The notes under the pieces are model-generated. The model made no database searches, was not told where the DNA came from, and was given only the letters and a program-made list of their open reading frames with translations. DNA of 30,025 nt from a virus (taxonomy: Duplodnaviria; Caudoviricetes): the IMG/VR virus record IMGVR_UViG_3300037440_000408, positions 1 through 30,025 of that record. The stretch is one strand, 5' to 3'. Below are positions 15,931 to 24,696 of the stretch, piece by piece. Position 1 is the first letter of the stretch. Every line of letters starts with the position of its first letter. The translations under genes and the position numbers were made by a program.

Positions 15931-18308
15931 GGTCCGCCCCCGATCGCCACCTGGGCGCGCTCGCGCATGCTGATGGCCATTCGGCCCAGATCCAGCGGGA
16001 TGGTCACCGCGCCGACGGTCCGCAGCGACCGGCTGTCCCCGGTGTCGACGGTGACCACCTGGAAGGGGTCGAGCGCCGGATTGGGCACCGTGTCCAGCTC
16101 CACCACGTCCGGGAACCCGAGCGAGCGGCGCAGCATCGCCTCGGCCGCGGACCGGGCCTGGTCGTCGTTGCCGATCAGCGGGCTCACGAAGAACCGGGGC
16201 ACCTTCCCGAACGGCCCACCCCAGCGGGTGGGGGACAGCGGGTTCGCGTCGATCGCCACCGCCCGGGCGGGCAGCTGGTCGTCCAGCCCCTCACCGGTGG
16301 CCACCACCGCGTTGTAGACCTCCTCCCGGGACAGCCGCCGGCCGGCGAAGCCGAGCCCACCACCGCGGCCGGTGGCGATCTCCCACACCGGCGCCGCATC
16401 CTCCGGGGCGGTCTCGAACCTGAGCACCCCGGCCCGATCCCAGTAGACGATCTTCCCGTGGGCGCGGGCCAGGTCGAGCAGCCCGGCCAGCCGCTCCTCC
16501 TCCACCACCCACAGCCGGCCAAGCGGCTGCTGGGGCGTCTGGTCGTCGAATGCGATCACCGCGTCCGGGTAGATGTCGAAGACCAGCTCCTGAACCACCG
16601 ACCCGACTGTCCGGTCGGGCTGAAACTCGACCGGGGCGAGCATCCGGGCGTCCCGGATGCCGGCCATCCGGTCGTACCCGACCACCCGGACAGGCCCGTC
16701 GGGTGCGTTGTCCTGTTCCGCCACGTCGATCCGGTAATAGCCCAGCGACACCCGCAGCGGCGGCGCACCACCGAGGTCCACCAGGTAGGCGAGGTGGATC
16801 TCGTTTCCGAACGGGGCGAGCAGGTCCGACCCGCGGCGCGGCCACATGCCCTCGCCGGGGGTCTCCAGGTTCACGCTGCCGCGGATCTCGGCGCTGCCGT
16901 CCAGGGTGACTTCCCCGCCGAGCACCTCGATCTGGGTGCCGGCCGGCGTCTGGCCGGTCTGGAAGCTGGTGCACACGGTGGCATGGATGCTGGTGCGGTG
17001 GGAGCCGGTCAGGGTCCGCAGCAGCGCCCCGGTGGCCACCGGCGGCGGCGGGTCACCGATCACACTGAACTGCCACAGCCCCTGTCGGGTGGTGCCGCGC
17101 CAGCACGCCAGCCGGATACTGAGCACCGAGCCCAGGTCGGCCACCTCGACGGTGCCGTACTGGTCCCGGCCGGGCACGTCGGGCATCGCGTCGAACCGGG
17201 TTACCGCGCCGCTGGGGGTGGAGTCCAGCGATGCGGCCTGCAGCACCGGGAACCCGCCGACCGAGCCGGCGCCGGAGTCGATGCCGTTGGCGTGCCGGTC
17301 GCCGTGCCAGATGACGGTGCGGCCGGACCAGCCCAGGTCGCCGATCATCTCCGCAATCTCGGCCCGCTCGGTGGCGAACGCGCCCCACGAGTCGGTAGAG
17401 GTGCCCGCCCACTGCGAGCCGGACAGCAACACCAGCAGCTTCGCCTCGCCGTGGTCGGCCAGTATGGACCCAAGCCAGGCTTTCTGGGCCGCGCCGAGCA
17501 TCGTCTTCGACGGCCCGTCCGGGTCGTCGTTGGGGGAACGGTTGAACCGCACGTCCAGGGACACGAACCGGACCCGGCTGATCTCCCACGGATGGTAGAT
17601 GCCGTCCAGCCCGCCCAGCGGCGGGTGCGGCACCCGCTCCCCGTACACCTGCAGCGCGTTGGCTTTGGTGGCCAGCGTCCCGTCGGAGTCGTTCGGGCCG
17701 TAGTCGTGGTCATCCCAGATCAGGTCGAGCGCGAGCTCGCGGTACAGCGAGGCCTGGTTGGTCTGGGCCAGGATGTCGTCGTAGCCGGCCCGGTAGTTCG
17801 CCAGCGACCCGCCGCCGACGATGCCGTGGAAGTCGCTGCCGAGGTCGTAGTAGTGCAGGTCCCCGAGGTGAGCGAACCGGCGCCAGCCGGCAGCGTGCGC
17901 GTGGCCGAGGATGGTGCCGAAGATCGGGCTGTTACTGATCCGGCCGGCGGCCAGCGGGGTCCCGGCGGCCGGGACCGACGGGAGCCCACCGGCGCAGCTG
18001 GCGCCACCGACGGTGAACGAGCCGGGCAGCCCGGCCGGCGGGTCGGTGAGGAACCGGCCGACCGTCAGGGTGTCCACCGTCCCGTTGTCCTCGACCCGCC
18101 AGAAGTGGGCGGTGTCCGGGGCCAGACCGGTGATGGCGACCTTCGCCACCCCCTGGGCGTCGACCACCTGCGAGCCGGTGAACACCGCCGCCGCCATGGC
18201 CGGGTTGTCGGCCACCTGCACCCGCACCGGACCGCCCCCGTCGACCCGCGCCACGAAGGTGGCGCCGCCCGGGGTGGCCGCGCCCACCACCATGGATACG
18301 ACGGCCAT
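15927..18308 (-). CDS. PhoD-like phosphatase fused to a tail hub/minor tail (DUF5047-like) domain
   Basis: HLGDLHY, WDDHD, LDVR..RS, MLGAAQKAWL, GDRH; C-half LAPFGNEI, LGYYRI, GYDRM, VYNAVVATGE, PNPALDP. Confidence 0.8.
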   Translation of the reverse strand: MAVVSMVVGAATPGGATFVARVDGGGPVRVQVADNPAMAAAVFTGSQVVDAQGVAKVAITGLAPDTAHFWRVEDNGTVDTLTVGRFLTDPPAGLPGSFTVGGASCAGGLPSVPAAGTPLAAGRISNSPIFGTILGHAHAAGWRRFAHLGDLHYYDLGSDFHGIVGGGSLANYRAGYDDILAQTNQASLYRELALDLIWDDHDYGPNDSDGTLATKANALQVYGERVPHPPLGGLDGIYHPWEISRVRFVSLDVRFNRSPNDDPDGPSKTMLGAAQKAWLGSILADHGEAKLLVLLSGSQWAGTSTDSWGAFATERAEIAEMIGDLGWSGRTVIWHGDRHANGIDSGAGSVGGFPVLQAASLDSTPSGAVTRFDAMPDVPGRDQYGTVEVADLGSVLSIRLACWRGTTRQGLWQFSVIGDPPPPVATGALLRTLTGSHRTSIHATVCTSFQTGQTPAGTQIEVLGGEVTLDGSAEIRGSVNLETPGEGMWPRRGSDLLAPFGNEIHLAYLVDLGGAPPLRVSLGYYRIDVAEQDNAPDGPVRVVGYDRMAGIRDARMLAPVEFQPDRTVGSVVQELVFDIYPDAVIAFDDQTPQQPLGRLWVVEEERLAGLLDLARAHGKIVYWDRAGVLRFETAPEDAAPVWEIATGRGGGLGFAGRRLSREEVYNAVVATGEGLDDQLPARAVAIDANPLSPTRWGGPFGKVPRFFVSPLIGNDDQARSAAEAMLRRSLGFPDVVELDTVPNPALDPFQVVTVDTGDSRSLRTVGAVTIPLDLGRMAISMRERAQVAIGGGP

Positions 18309-18862
18309 CAGATCACCACCACGTCATCCGGGCTGGCCATCAGCGCCAGCAGCGCCGCATAGGACGGGTTGGCGGCCAGCACGTTGTCATAGCCCCCGTA
18401 CAGGTTCAGCAGCGCGGCGTACGTCATGGAACCGCCGATCACGTCGGGGCCGTCGGGGGCAACCACCCGGCACGCCAGCCGGAAGTAGCGCCGCGGCGAG
18501 CGGGCCGACCGGGTACGCCGGGCCTGGCTGCTGTTCCCCAGCCGCACATACCCGCCGGGCACCGGGCAGTCCGGCGGGGTCTGCACCAGGTAGGTGCCGC
18601 CGGCGGCAAGCCGCAGATCCATGTTCCTGGCCTCGACCGCGGTCGGGGTGGCGATCTCCAGCTCGAAGGTCGGCGAGCTGGGCACGTCGGTGATCGCGAT
18701 CGGAACCGACCGGCCGCGCGGTTCGAACATCACCTCCCGCTGGTCGCGGTCCACGTCAGACCAGTCGGTCACCGTGACCGGGGCGTTCAGGAACTGGTGC
18801 CGGATGCTCTTAAGGATGATCCGGCCCCCGTTGTCCGGTGTGATGCTGACGGTCTGCGACAT
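18308..18862 (-). CDS. distal-tail (Dit)-like protein
   Basis: Position between TMP and hub; GRSVPIAITD motif. Confidence 0.55.
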   Translation of the reverse strand: MSQTVSITPDNGGRIILKSIRHQFLNAPVTVTDWSDVDRDQREVMFEPRGRSVPIAITDVPSSPTFELEIATPTAVEARNMDLRLAAGGTYLVQTPPDCPVPGGYVRLGNSSQARRTRSARSPRRYFRLACRVVAPDGPDVIGGSMTYAALLNLYGGYDNVLAANPSYAALLALMASPDDVVVI

Positions 18863-19767
18863 CAGGTCACGTCCGCGAAGTAGTGCTCGATGATGGCGCA
18901 GCCCGGCGCCCCGGCCCCGCCGGCGCGCGCTGCCTGGGATGCGGCGTTCCGGGCGCCCGACCCGCCGCCGCCGAACCCACCGGCCGGGGCCGACCCGGCA
19001 GCGCTGAAGGCGTGCGTGGTGCGGGCACCCGGCCCGAACATGCCACCCGCGCCCCGTCCGCCGAAACCCGCCAGGCCGCCGCGGATCAGCCCGTAGTGAC
19101 CGATCTCCCCCGGGATGATCAGGTCCGCGCCCGTGGTTGTCAGTCCGGAGGAGCCGCCCGTGTTCTGGGCGTTGCCGGAGGTGGCCGGCGAACCCGAGCC
19201 GCCGGAGCCGCCGGACACCGACAGGTCGGTGCCGACCGTGCGGGTGAAGCTGACCGCCCCACCGGCGCCGCCGGCGTTCGCCCCGGCCGTCCCGGCGGCA
19301 CCAACCGCGCCAATGGTCACCGTCTCCTCATCGTCCAGGTCCGCGGCGGGAATCCAGGCAACCACGATGCTGCCGTAGGCGCCCCCGCCCGCTTCCGCGT
19401 TCTCACCGGCTGCGGTTGCGGCCACGCCCCCGCCGCCGGATCCCGGTTGTACCAGGACCGCCTTGACCGCGACCAACCCGGCCGGCTTGCTCCACTGCCC
19501 AGTTACCGTGATCAGCATGATGTTGTCCTCCGTGCTCGCTTGCGTGACCCGGTAGTGGCGGAGCACCCGGTCCCGGTATTCGTGGTCCGAGATGACCGCC
19601 GCGCCGGCCTCGATCGGCAGGGCCAGCCCGCCGCGGACCGGGAACGTCCGCCCGGCGGGGAAGCCGGCCACGTCGGACCGCTCCACCAGTACGGCCCCGT
19701 TGGCGAAGTCGGCCAGCAGCAGCTGCACCCGCCAGGTGTCCTCGTGGAAACTCGCAGTGACGGTCAT
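18862..19767 (-). CDS. minor tail protein with glycine-rich domain
   Basis: WSKPAG...GSGGGG...GGGA.G...VTIGA.G...GAPGCAII.HY. Confidence 0.7.
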   Translation of the reverse strand: MTVTASFHEDTWRVQLLLADFANGAVLVERSDVAGFPAGRTFPVRGGLALPIEAGAAVISDHEYRDRVLRHYRVTQASTEDNIMLITVTGQWSKPAGLVAVKAVLVQPGSGGGGVAATAAGENAEAGGGAYGSIVVAWIPAADLDDEETVTIGAVGAAGTAGANAGGAGGAVSFTRTVGTDLSVSGGSGGSGSPATSGNAQNTGGSSGLTTTGADLIIPGEIGHYGLIRGGLAGFGGRGAGGMFGPGARTTHAFSAAGSAPAGGFGGGGSGARNAASQAARAGGAGAPGCAIIEHYFADVT

Positions 19768-21473
19768 GCCAGCCCCACCCCCGTGGCCAGCCGGCCACCG
19801 AGCCGCCGGTCCCTGCGGCTGACCACCCGCACCAGCGACTCGTCAACCGCCCGGCCGTCGATGACCACCGTCACATGCGTGTCGCCCAGCTCCGTCTGCT
19901 GCTGCTCTCGGGTCAACACCCGCTCGCCTGCCCGGGCGAGGATCGGTACCTCCCGGCCCAGCGGCCCGGGCACCACCCCGCCGGTGTGGAACCGGTTGAC
20001 GTGCGGGGTCGACAGGGTGAACCCGCCGAAGGTCTGCCCCAGGAACTTCACCGGCGGCAGCGTGAACGACAGGCTGTTCCACTTGTCGATCACCCAGTTG
20101 ATCGCGGACCTGAACGCATCCCTTATACCGTCCCACATTCCGGATGCGGCCGAGCGGAACTTCGCCCCCAGCCCACCGAAGAACCTGATCAGCCCATTGA
20201 ACGTGCCGACCACCAGGTTCCGCACCCCGGTCCACGCGTCACCGATCCCCGAGGCGACCACCTTCGTGGCCGTCGCCAGGAACTGCCAACCCCTGACCAG
20301 CATGGCCGTGGTGAAGATCAGCCCGCGGATCACCAGCACGGTGGTCCCGACCGCCCCCACGAACAGCGGCCCCAGCACCGGCAGCACATACTTGACGATG
20401 AAGTCGGCGACATCCTTCAGCCCCTTGCCGACAAAGATCAGCTCATCCTTGTGATCGCGCACCGCCTCCGTGATGTCATCCCACGCTTTCTTGGCCACCT
20501 TGATAGCGCCCTCGACCAGCGTCTTGAGAACCGGGATCACGTTCTCTTCCAGGTAGCCCCACAGGTCCTCCAGCCGAGGAAGCACCTCATCGCGAACCCA
20601 GCCGGCGAAGGTCTGCAGCGCCGGAACCACCTCATCGCGAACCCAGCCGGCGAACCGGCGGACCGCCGGCGCCAGGTGCAGCTCTACCCACTCCGCGGCC
20701 TTCTTGATAGCCGGGGTGGCCTTGACGATCAGCGTCTGCGCCCAGTCGCGCAGCTTCGCCTTTCCGGTGGCCAGCGTGCGGGACAGGGTGTCGCCGCCCT
20801 CGGCGTACGCCTTCTGTGCGTCGGCCGACTTCTCGAAGATCAACTCCTGGGTGGCGATCGCCTTGGCCTGTTCCAACGCGGCCCCGGTGAGCCCCTGCTG
20901 GCCTTTCTTGGCCAGCCGCGCCTGCACGTCGGACTCCATGATGGAGATGCCCAGCTGCTTCAGGCCCTCGCGCTCGCCAAGCATCGCCTTGGCGAGGATG
21001 TCGGAGACCTCGGCCGAGCTGAGCTTCCCGGATGTCCACTCGGACAGCGCACCCGACAGCCCGACCACGTTCGTGGCCATCTTGGTGGCTTCCTTGGCGC
21101 CGAATCCCATCGGCTTCAGCAGGTCGGCGAAGGAGGCGGCCAGCCCGACCGCCTCGCGGGTGGTCAGCCCCATCGCGGCGCCGTTGTCCTTGGCCCACTT
21201 CTCCGCCACGCCGAGTTGGTCCTCAAAGACAATCTTCGCCTTGTTGGCGGCCAGCTCCCACCCGGCGGCCTGGTCGAGCAGCTTCGGGCCGAATGCCACC
21301 GCCGCCACCCCGACCGCCGCCACCGCCGCGGCGCCGGCCAGCGCGGCGGTCTTCAGCCCGGACAGGGCCTTGGAGAATCGGCCCACCGAGCCGCCGGCCC
21401 GCTTGCTGGCGGCGTCTATTCCGCGGGTGTCCCCGTCGAAGCGGGTCCGGATGGTGCGCACCCCGACGGCCAT
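19764..21473 (-). CDS. tape measure protein
   Basis: Ala/Gly-rich helical; AMLGEREGLKQLGI; periodic W/F repeats; FHTGGVVPG..G...ILARAGERVL. Confidence 0.9.
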   Translation of the reverse strand: MAVGVRTIRTRFDGDTRGIDAASKRAGGSVGRFSKALSGLKTAALAGAAAVAAVGVAAVAFGPKLLDQAAGWELAANKAKIVFEDQLGVAEKWAKDNGAAMGLTTREAVGLAASFADLLKPMGFGAKEATKMATNVVGLSGALSEWTSGKLSSAEVSDILAKAMLGEREGLKQLGISIMESDVQARLAKKGQQGLTGAALEQAKAIATQELIFEKSADAQKAYAEGGDTLSRTLATGKAKLRDWAQTLIVKATPAIKKAAEWVELHLAPAVRRFAGWVRDEVVPALQTFAGWVRDEVLPRLEDLWGYLEENVIPVLKTLVEGAIKVAKKAWDDITEAVRDHKDELIFVGKGLKDVADFIVKYVLPVLGPLFVGAVGTTVLVIRGLIFTTAMLVRGWQFLATATKVVASGIGDAWTGVRNLVVGTFNGLIRFFGGLGAKFRSAASGMWDGIRDAFRSAINWVIDKWNSLSFTLPPVKFLGQTFGGFTLSTPHVNRFHTGGVVPGPLGREVPILARAGERVLTREQQQTELGDTHVTVVIDGRAVDESLVRVVSRRDRRLGGRLATGVGLA

Positions 21474-21934
21474 CAACGTGCCCCCGCGCTGAACGACCGG
21501 GCGATGTCATCGGCGGCCCGCCGCCACGCCGCGATCACGTCGTCCGCGTTCCGCTCGGCGGTCGGGAAGAACCAGTGTCCCTTGCGGCCGGAGTGCCGCC
21601 GGCCGAACTGCTTGTAGGCGTCGGAGCCGAACTCGGAGCCGAACAGCACCTTCCACGCCGGGACTTTCCGGCGGCCCACCTTGGCGAACCCGCCGGCGAC
21701 GATCGAGGGCACCCGGTCCCGCCGCGCCCGGACCGTCTTGGCCAGCAGCGGCGACTGGGGGGCCTGGTCGGACATGGCCGCCGCGCGCGCCCGGCCGGCC
21801 AGCGTCTCGGTCAGCTCAGTCGACCGGTTCCGCAGCGCCTTGGAAGCCTCCTTCGGAAGCCGGCGGTACGCGGCCAGGGTCTCCCTGACCCCCTCGATGC
21901 GCACGGTCACGACCAGTGCTCTTGACCGGGCCAT
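21473..21934 (-). CDS. HK97 gp10-like protein
   Basis: VRIEGVRE...EFGS...WFFP; SD AGGAGG 5 nt before ATG at 21934. Confidence 0.6.
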   Translation of the reverse strand: MARSRALVVTVRIEGVRETLAAYRRLPKEASKALRNRSTELTETLAGRARAAAMSDQAPQSPLLAKTVRARRDRVPSIVAGGFAKVGRRKVPAWKVLFGSEFGSDAYKQFGRRHSGRKGHWFFPTAERNADDVIAAWRRAADDIARSFSAGAR

Positions 21935-21943
21935 GCGCACCTC

Positions 21944-22404
21944 CTATCCGGACATCTGCTGCCCCTGCGAGTCCGGCTCGCCCTTGCCGGCGGCCTCCTC
22001 CAGCACCTCGACCGCGGTGGCTATCGCGCGCCAGCCTTCTTCGGCCCAGACTTGCGGGGGGACGCCGGTGGCGACGGCGAGCTGGACACAGACGTAGGCG
22101 AGGCTCCCCCTCGGGTAGGGTCCGGCTGCTCCTGGTCGTCTTCCTGCTCCTCCTCACCCGGCTCGATCTGCATGGTCTCGGTGAACTGCTCCAAGGTGCC
22201 GGCGAACATGCCCAGCCGGCGGCAGCAGATCCACCCGAGCCGGTAGATCTCCAGGAAGCGGATCTCCTCCAGCGCCTGCAAGATGGTGGTCGACTTGTTC
22301 GGGGTGGTCTTCTCCCACAGGTACACATCGCGGGAGTCGGCCACCACCACATACGCGTCCCCGTCGTCGGGGGTGACCCGCAGGTGGATGGCGAACATGC
22401 TCAT
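21944..22404 (-). CDS. tail assembly chaperone, long form via predicted -1 frameshift
   Basis: -1 frame after GAC CCT reads YPRGSLAYVCVQLAVATGVPPQVW...MSG* and ends at the SD of the next gene. Confidence 0.65.
22021..22404 (-). CDS. tail assembly chaperone, short form
   Basis: MSMFAIHL...acidic stretch, DPT, then low-complexity Ser/Pro tail. Confidence 0.75.
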   Translation of the reverse strand: MSMFAIHLRVTPDDGDAYVVVADSRDVYLWEKTTPNKSTTILQALEEIRFLEIYRLGWICCRRLGMFAGTLEQFTETMQIEPGEEEQEDDQEQPDPTRGGASPTSVSSSPSPPASPRKSGPKKAGAR

Positions 22405-22910
22405 ACCGAGGCCCCGATCACGATGATGTCGTAGGTAACCGCGGTTCCGCCCGCGCCGTTGGCGACCTTGAGCAGGTCGCCGGTGCCGGCGGTCACCGCG
22501 TATCCGACCGCGTCGGCGGGGCCGGCGAAGCAGGCCACCACCGCACCCGGCCGGACGGTCAGCGTGCCGGTGGCGCCGAGCAGCGCCGCCCATGCGTTGC
22601 TGGTCGCGTTGCCCACCACCACGTTGTTCGTGTTCGCTGCCAGGGTGGCCACCACCAGCCCCTTCACCCGGGCGAACGTGACGGTCGCGCCGAACGCGTC
22701 GACCAGCACCCCGGCCAGGTCCAGGTCCTCGGTCGCGGATGCGGCCAGGGTGCGGGTGTCGTGCCAGATCCGGTCGGCCTGCCCAGTGCCGGTGCCGTCG
22801 GCCAGGCTGGTCTGCCGCATGTAGGACAGCGGCGCGGCCGCACGCACCAGGTCCAACACCTGCTCGTGAACCGCCTGCACCTGCACGGTCAGCTTGGTTG
22901 CCAGGGTCAT
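22401..22910 (-). CDS. virion structural protein (beta-rich)
   Basis: GTG.GQAD.IW.DTRTLAASATEDLDLAG; between tail tube and chaperone. Confidence 0.7.
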   Translation of the reverse strand: MTLATKLTVQVQAVHEQVLDLVRAAAPLSYMRQTSLADGTGTGQADRIWHDTRTLAASATEDLDLAGVLVDAFGATVTFARVKGLVVATLAANTNNVVVGNATSNAWAALLGATGTLTVRPGAVVACFAGPADAVGYAVTAGTGDLLKVANGAGGTAVTYDIIVIGASV

Positions 22911-22913
22911 GGC

Positions 22914-23336
22914 TCAGCTCCCTACCCTCGTGTAGCCGCTGACAACGTCCCCGATCACCTGCAGCGTGATCGAGGTCATCTCGGTGGTGCGGATGTCCCC
23001 GCCGGCCGGCGGCGCCTTCAGCTTCACGCTGCCGGTCCACCGGACGTGTTCGGCCGGGATGTCGGGCAGGTGGTCGAGCTGGAAGGCCGCCGTCTCACCG
23101 GAGTGGTTCCACAGGAAGTCGCTGATACCGTCCGAGCGCCAGTCGGAGTAGAGCTCCAGCTCCAGGGTTCCTTCCGGGTCGGTCGCCTCGACATCCTCCC
23201 CGTCGGGACAGAACGAAAACAGCCGCTCCCCGTCGCTGATCCCCGGATCGAGCAGCCACCGCTTGACCTGACACTCGAAGCTGATCACACCCAGCGTGAA
23301 GGTGATCAACTTGAGCCGTCGCTGATGTAGTGACAC
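22914..23336 (-). CDS. major tail (tube) protein
   Basis: FECQV...FC...DW...GISDFLW...WTGSV...GG; synteny. Confidence 0.7.
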   Translation of the reverse strand: MSLHQRRLKLITFTLGVISFECQVKRWLLDPGISDGERLFSFCPDGEDVEATDPEGTLELELYSDWRSDGISDFLWNHSGETAAFQLDHLPDIPAEHVRWTGSVKLKAPPAGGDIRTTEMTSITLQVIGDVVSGYTRVGS

Positions 23337-23339
23337 TGG

Positions 23340-23714
23340 CTACTCCTCCTCCGAAAGCGGTATGTCGACCTGCACCAGGTAGGCGGGCAGCACGCCCTCA
23401 TCGCCGGGCGGGAAGCTGCCGGGGTCGGCCCGGGTCACCACCCCGGCGGTGTGCTCCTCCACCGCGCCGACCACCGCCGGCACCAGATCCCACAGCATCT
23501 CCACCGCCCGCTCGTTGTTCGGGACCACCACGAACACCGTCCAGCGGGCCGAGGTGGGCTCGCGGCAGACCACCTCCCAGGTGAGCGCCGGCGCGCCCAG
23601 GATCGCCGTGGGGCCGTCCACGGCCGCCCCCGGGTCCCGGAACACGCGCAGCCCGTCCACGGTCGCTACGGCCGCCTCCAGCGCCACGGCCGCCGCCTTC
23701 ACCTCGCCGGCCAT
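23340..23714 (-). CDS. tail terminator
   Basis: Size, synteny and LPAY C-terminal motif. Confidence 0.6.
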   Translation of the reverse strand: MAGEVKAAAVALEAAVATVDGLRVFRDPGAAVDGPTAILGAPALTWEVVCREPTSARWTVFVVVPNNERAVEMLWDLVPAVVGAVEEHTAGVVTRADPGSFPPGDEGVLPAYLVQVDIPLSEEE

Positions 23715-24073
23715 CAGCCCACCGCCGGCAGCGCGTGCCGGCCGATCCGCAGCAGCCGGTCAATGTCCGGGTCGAAGGAGGGCACCCGGCTGGCGCCGAG
23801 CTCGCCCATGTCGATCAGCGCGGCCGGGGACCGCTTGCGGGTGTTCCACCGGCTGGCGAGCCGCACCGTACCCAGGATCAGATCCGGGGTCGGCGCCGGC
23901 CGGTCGGTGGCGAACCCGTCGTAGTTGAACCGCGGCCGCACCCGCTGCACGAAGGAGACCGCCGCGTCCAGGTACCGCTGCAACTGGGTGTCCTGGCCGT
24001 CCAGCGCGGACGTGTCCTCCCCACGGGAGAGCATGTCCTCCTTCAGGTCGGCGAGCGTAGGCGGCCAGGGCAT
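23714..24073 (-). CDS. head-to-tail adaptor
   Basis: TLADLK...LDAA...LASRW..RKRSP...DPDIDRLL. Confidence 0.75.
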   Translation of the reverse strand: MPWPPTLADLKEDMLSRGEDTSALDGQDTQLQRYLDAAVSFVQRVRPRFNYDGFATDRPAPTPDLILGTVRLASRWNTRKRSPAALIDMGELGASRVPSFDPDIDRLLRIGRHALPAVG

Positions 24074-24079
24074 GGCGCA

Positions 24080-24400
24080 CTACTCCAGCGGGTCGGTCAG
24101 CCGGGCCGCGGCCACCGTCAACGCGGTGACCCCGGAGTAGGTGACCGGGTGCAGGGTGCCGTACGCGCCACCGACCACCGGGATGACCACCAGGCCGGTG
24201 TTCGCCGGCACCGACACGGCCGACAACCCCTCCACGGTGACGGTCTGCGCGGAGGTGTGGGCGTTACGCACCACCAGCACCACCGGCAGGTGCCAGCCGC
24301 CGTGCCCCACCCCCTGCGGCACGGCGTCCCCGCCGCCGGTCGCGGCGGCGAAGGACAGGCTGGCGCCGGCCGCCGCATTCTGAACGGTGAGAGTCGCCAT
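24080..24400 (-). CDS. putative capsid decoration/structural protein
   Basis: MATLTVQ...AAA.GGGD...LVVRN...VTYSGVT.LTVAA. Confidence 0.55.
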   Translation of the reverse strand: MATLTVQNAAAGASLSFAAATGGGDAVPQGVGHGGWHLPVVLVVRNAHTSAQTVTVEGLSAVSVPANTGLVVIPVVGGAYGTLHPVTYSGVTALTVAAARLTDPLE

Positions 24401-24403
24401 CGA

Positions 24404-24694
24404 CTACTCCTCCTCCTCGAAGGTGACATCCGGCGGGGCCGCGTCGATCAGGCAGCTGTGCTTGCGCAGCGTCCCGTCCCGGTTGACCAGCACGTCCGGC
24501 CGCTGACAGTGCGGGCAGACGATCCGCTCCCCGGGTACGAACACCAGGTCCGGCTCGGGAGCACCGTCGCCGGGGACTTCCTGGGCCGTCTCCGGGGCCT
24601 CAGCGGCGGGCGCGACCGGGGGTCCGGGTGGAGGGCCCTCGATCTCCCACCCAGAATCCCGCAGCACGTGCCCACCGGCGCGTGTGACAGCCAC
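24404..24694 (-). CDS. hypothetical protein with CxxC/HxC motif
   Basis: GTG 2 nt after the capsid stop; CPHC...LRKHSC. Confidence 0.55.
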   Translation of the reverse strand: MAVTRAGGHVLRDSGWEIEGPPPGPPVAPAAEAPETAQEVPGDGAPEPDLVFVPGERIVCPHCQRPDVLVNRDGTLRKHSCLIDAAPPDVTFEEEE

Positions 24695-24696
24695 GG

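Noticed and set aside
17050-18308. phoD as a phosphate-starvation auxiliary metabolic gene
   Set aside because: No secretion signal, and fused to a tail structural domain in the late operon
20584-20654. Direct repeat inside the TMP gene
   Set aside because: Ordinary tape-measure peptide repeat (FAGWVRDEV x2)
12012-21617. Long plus-strand ORFs (552, 634, 523 and 580 aa)
   Set aside because: Antisense shadows of real genes caused by high-GC codon bias; no motifs
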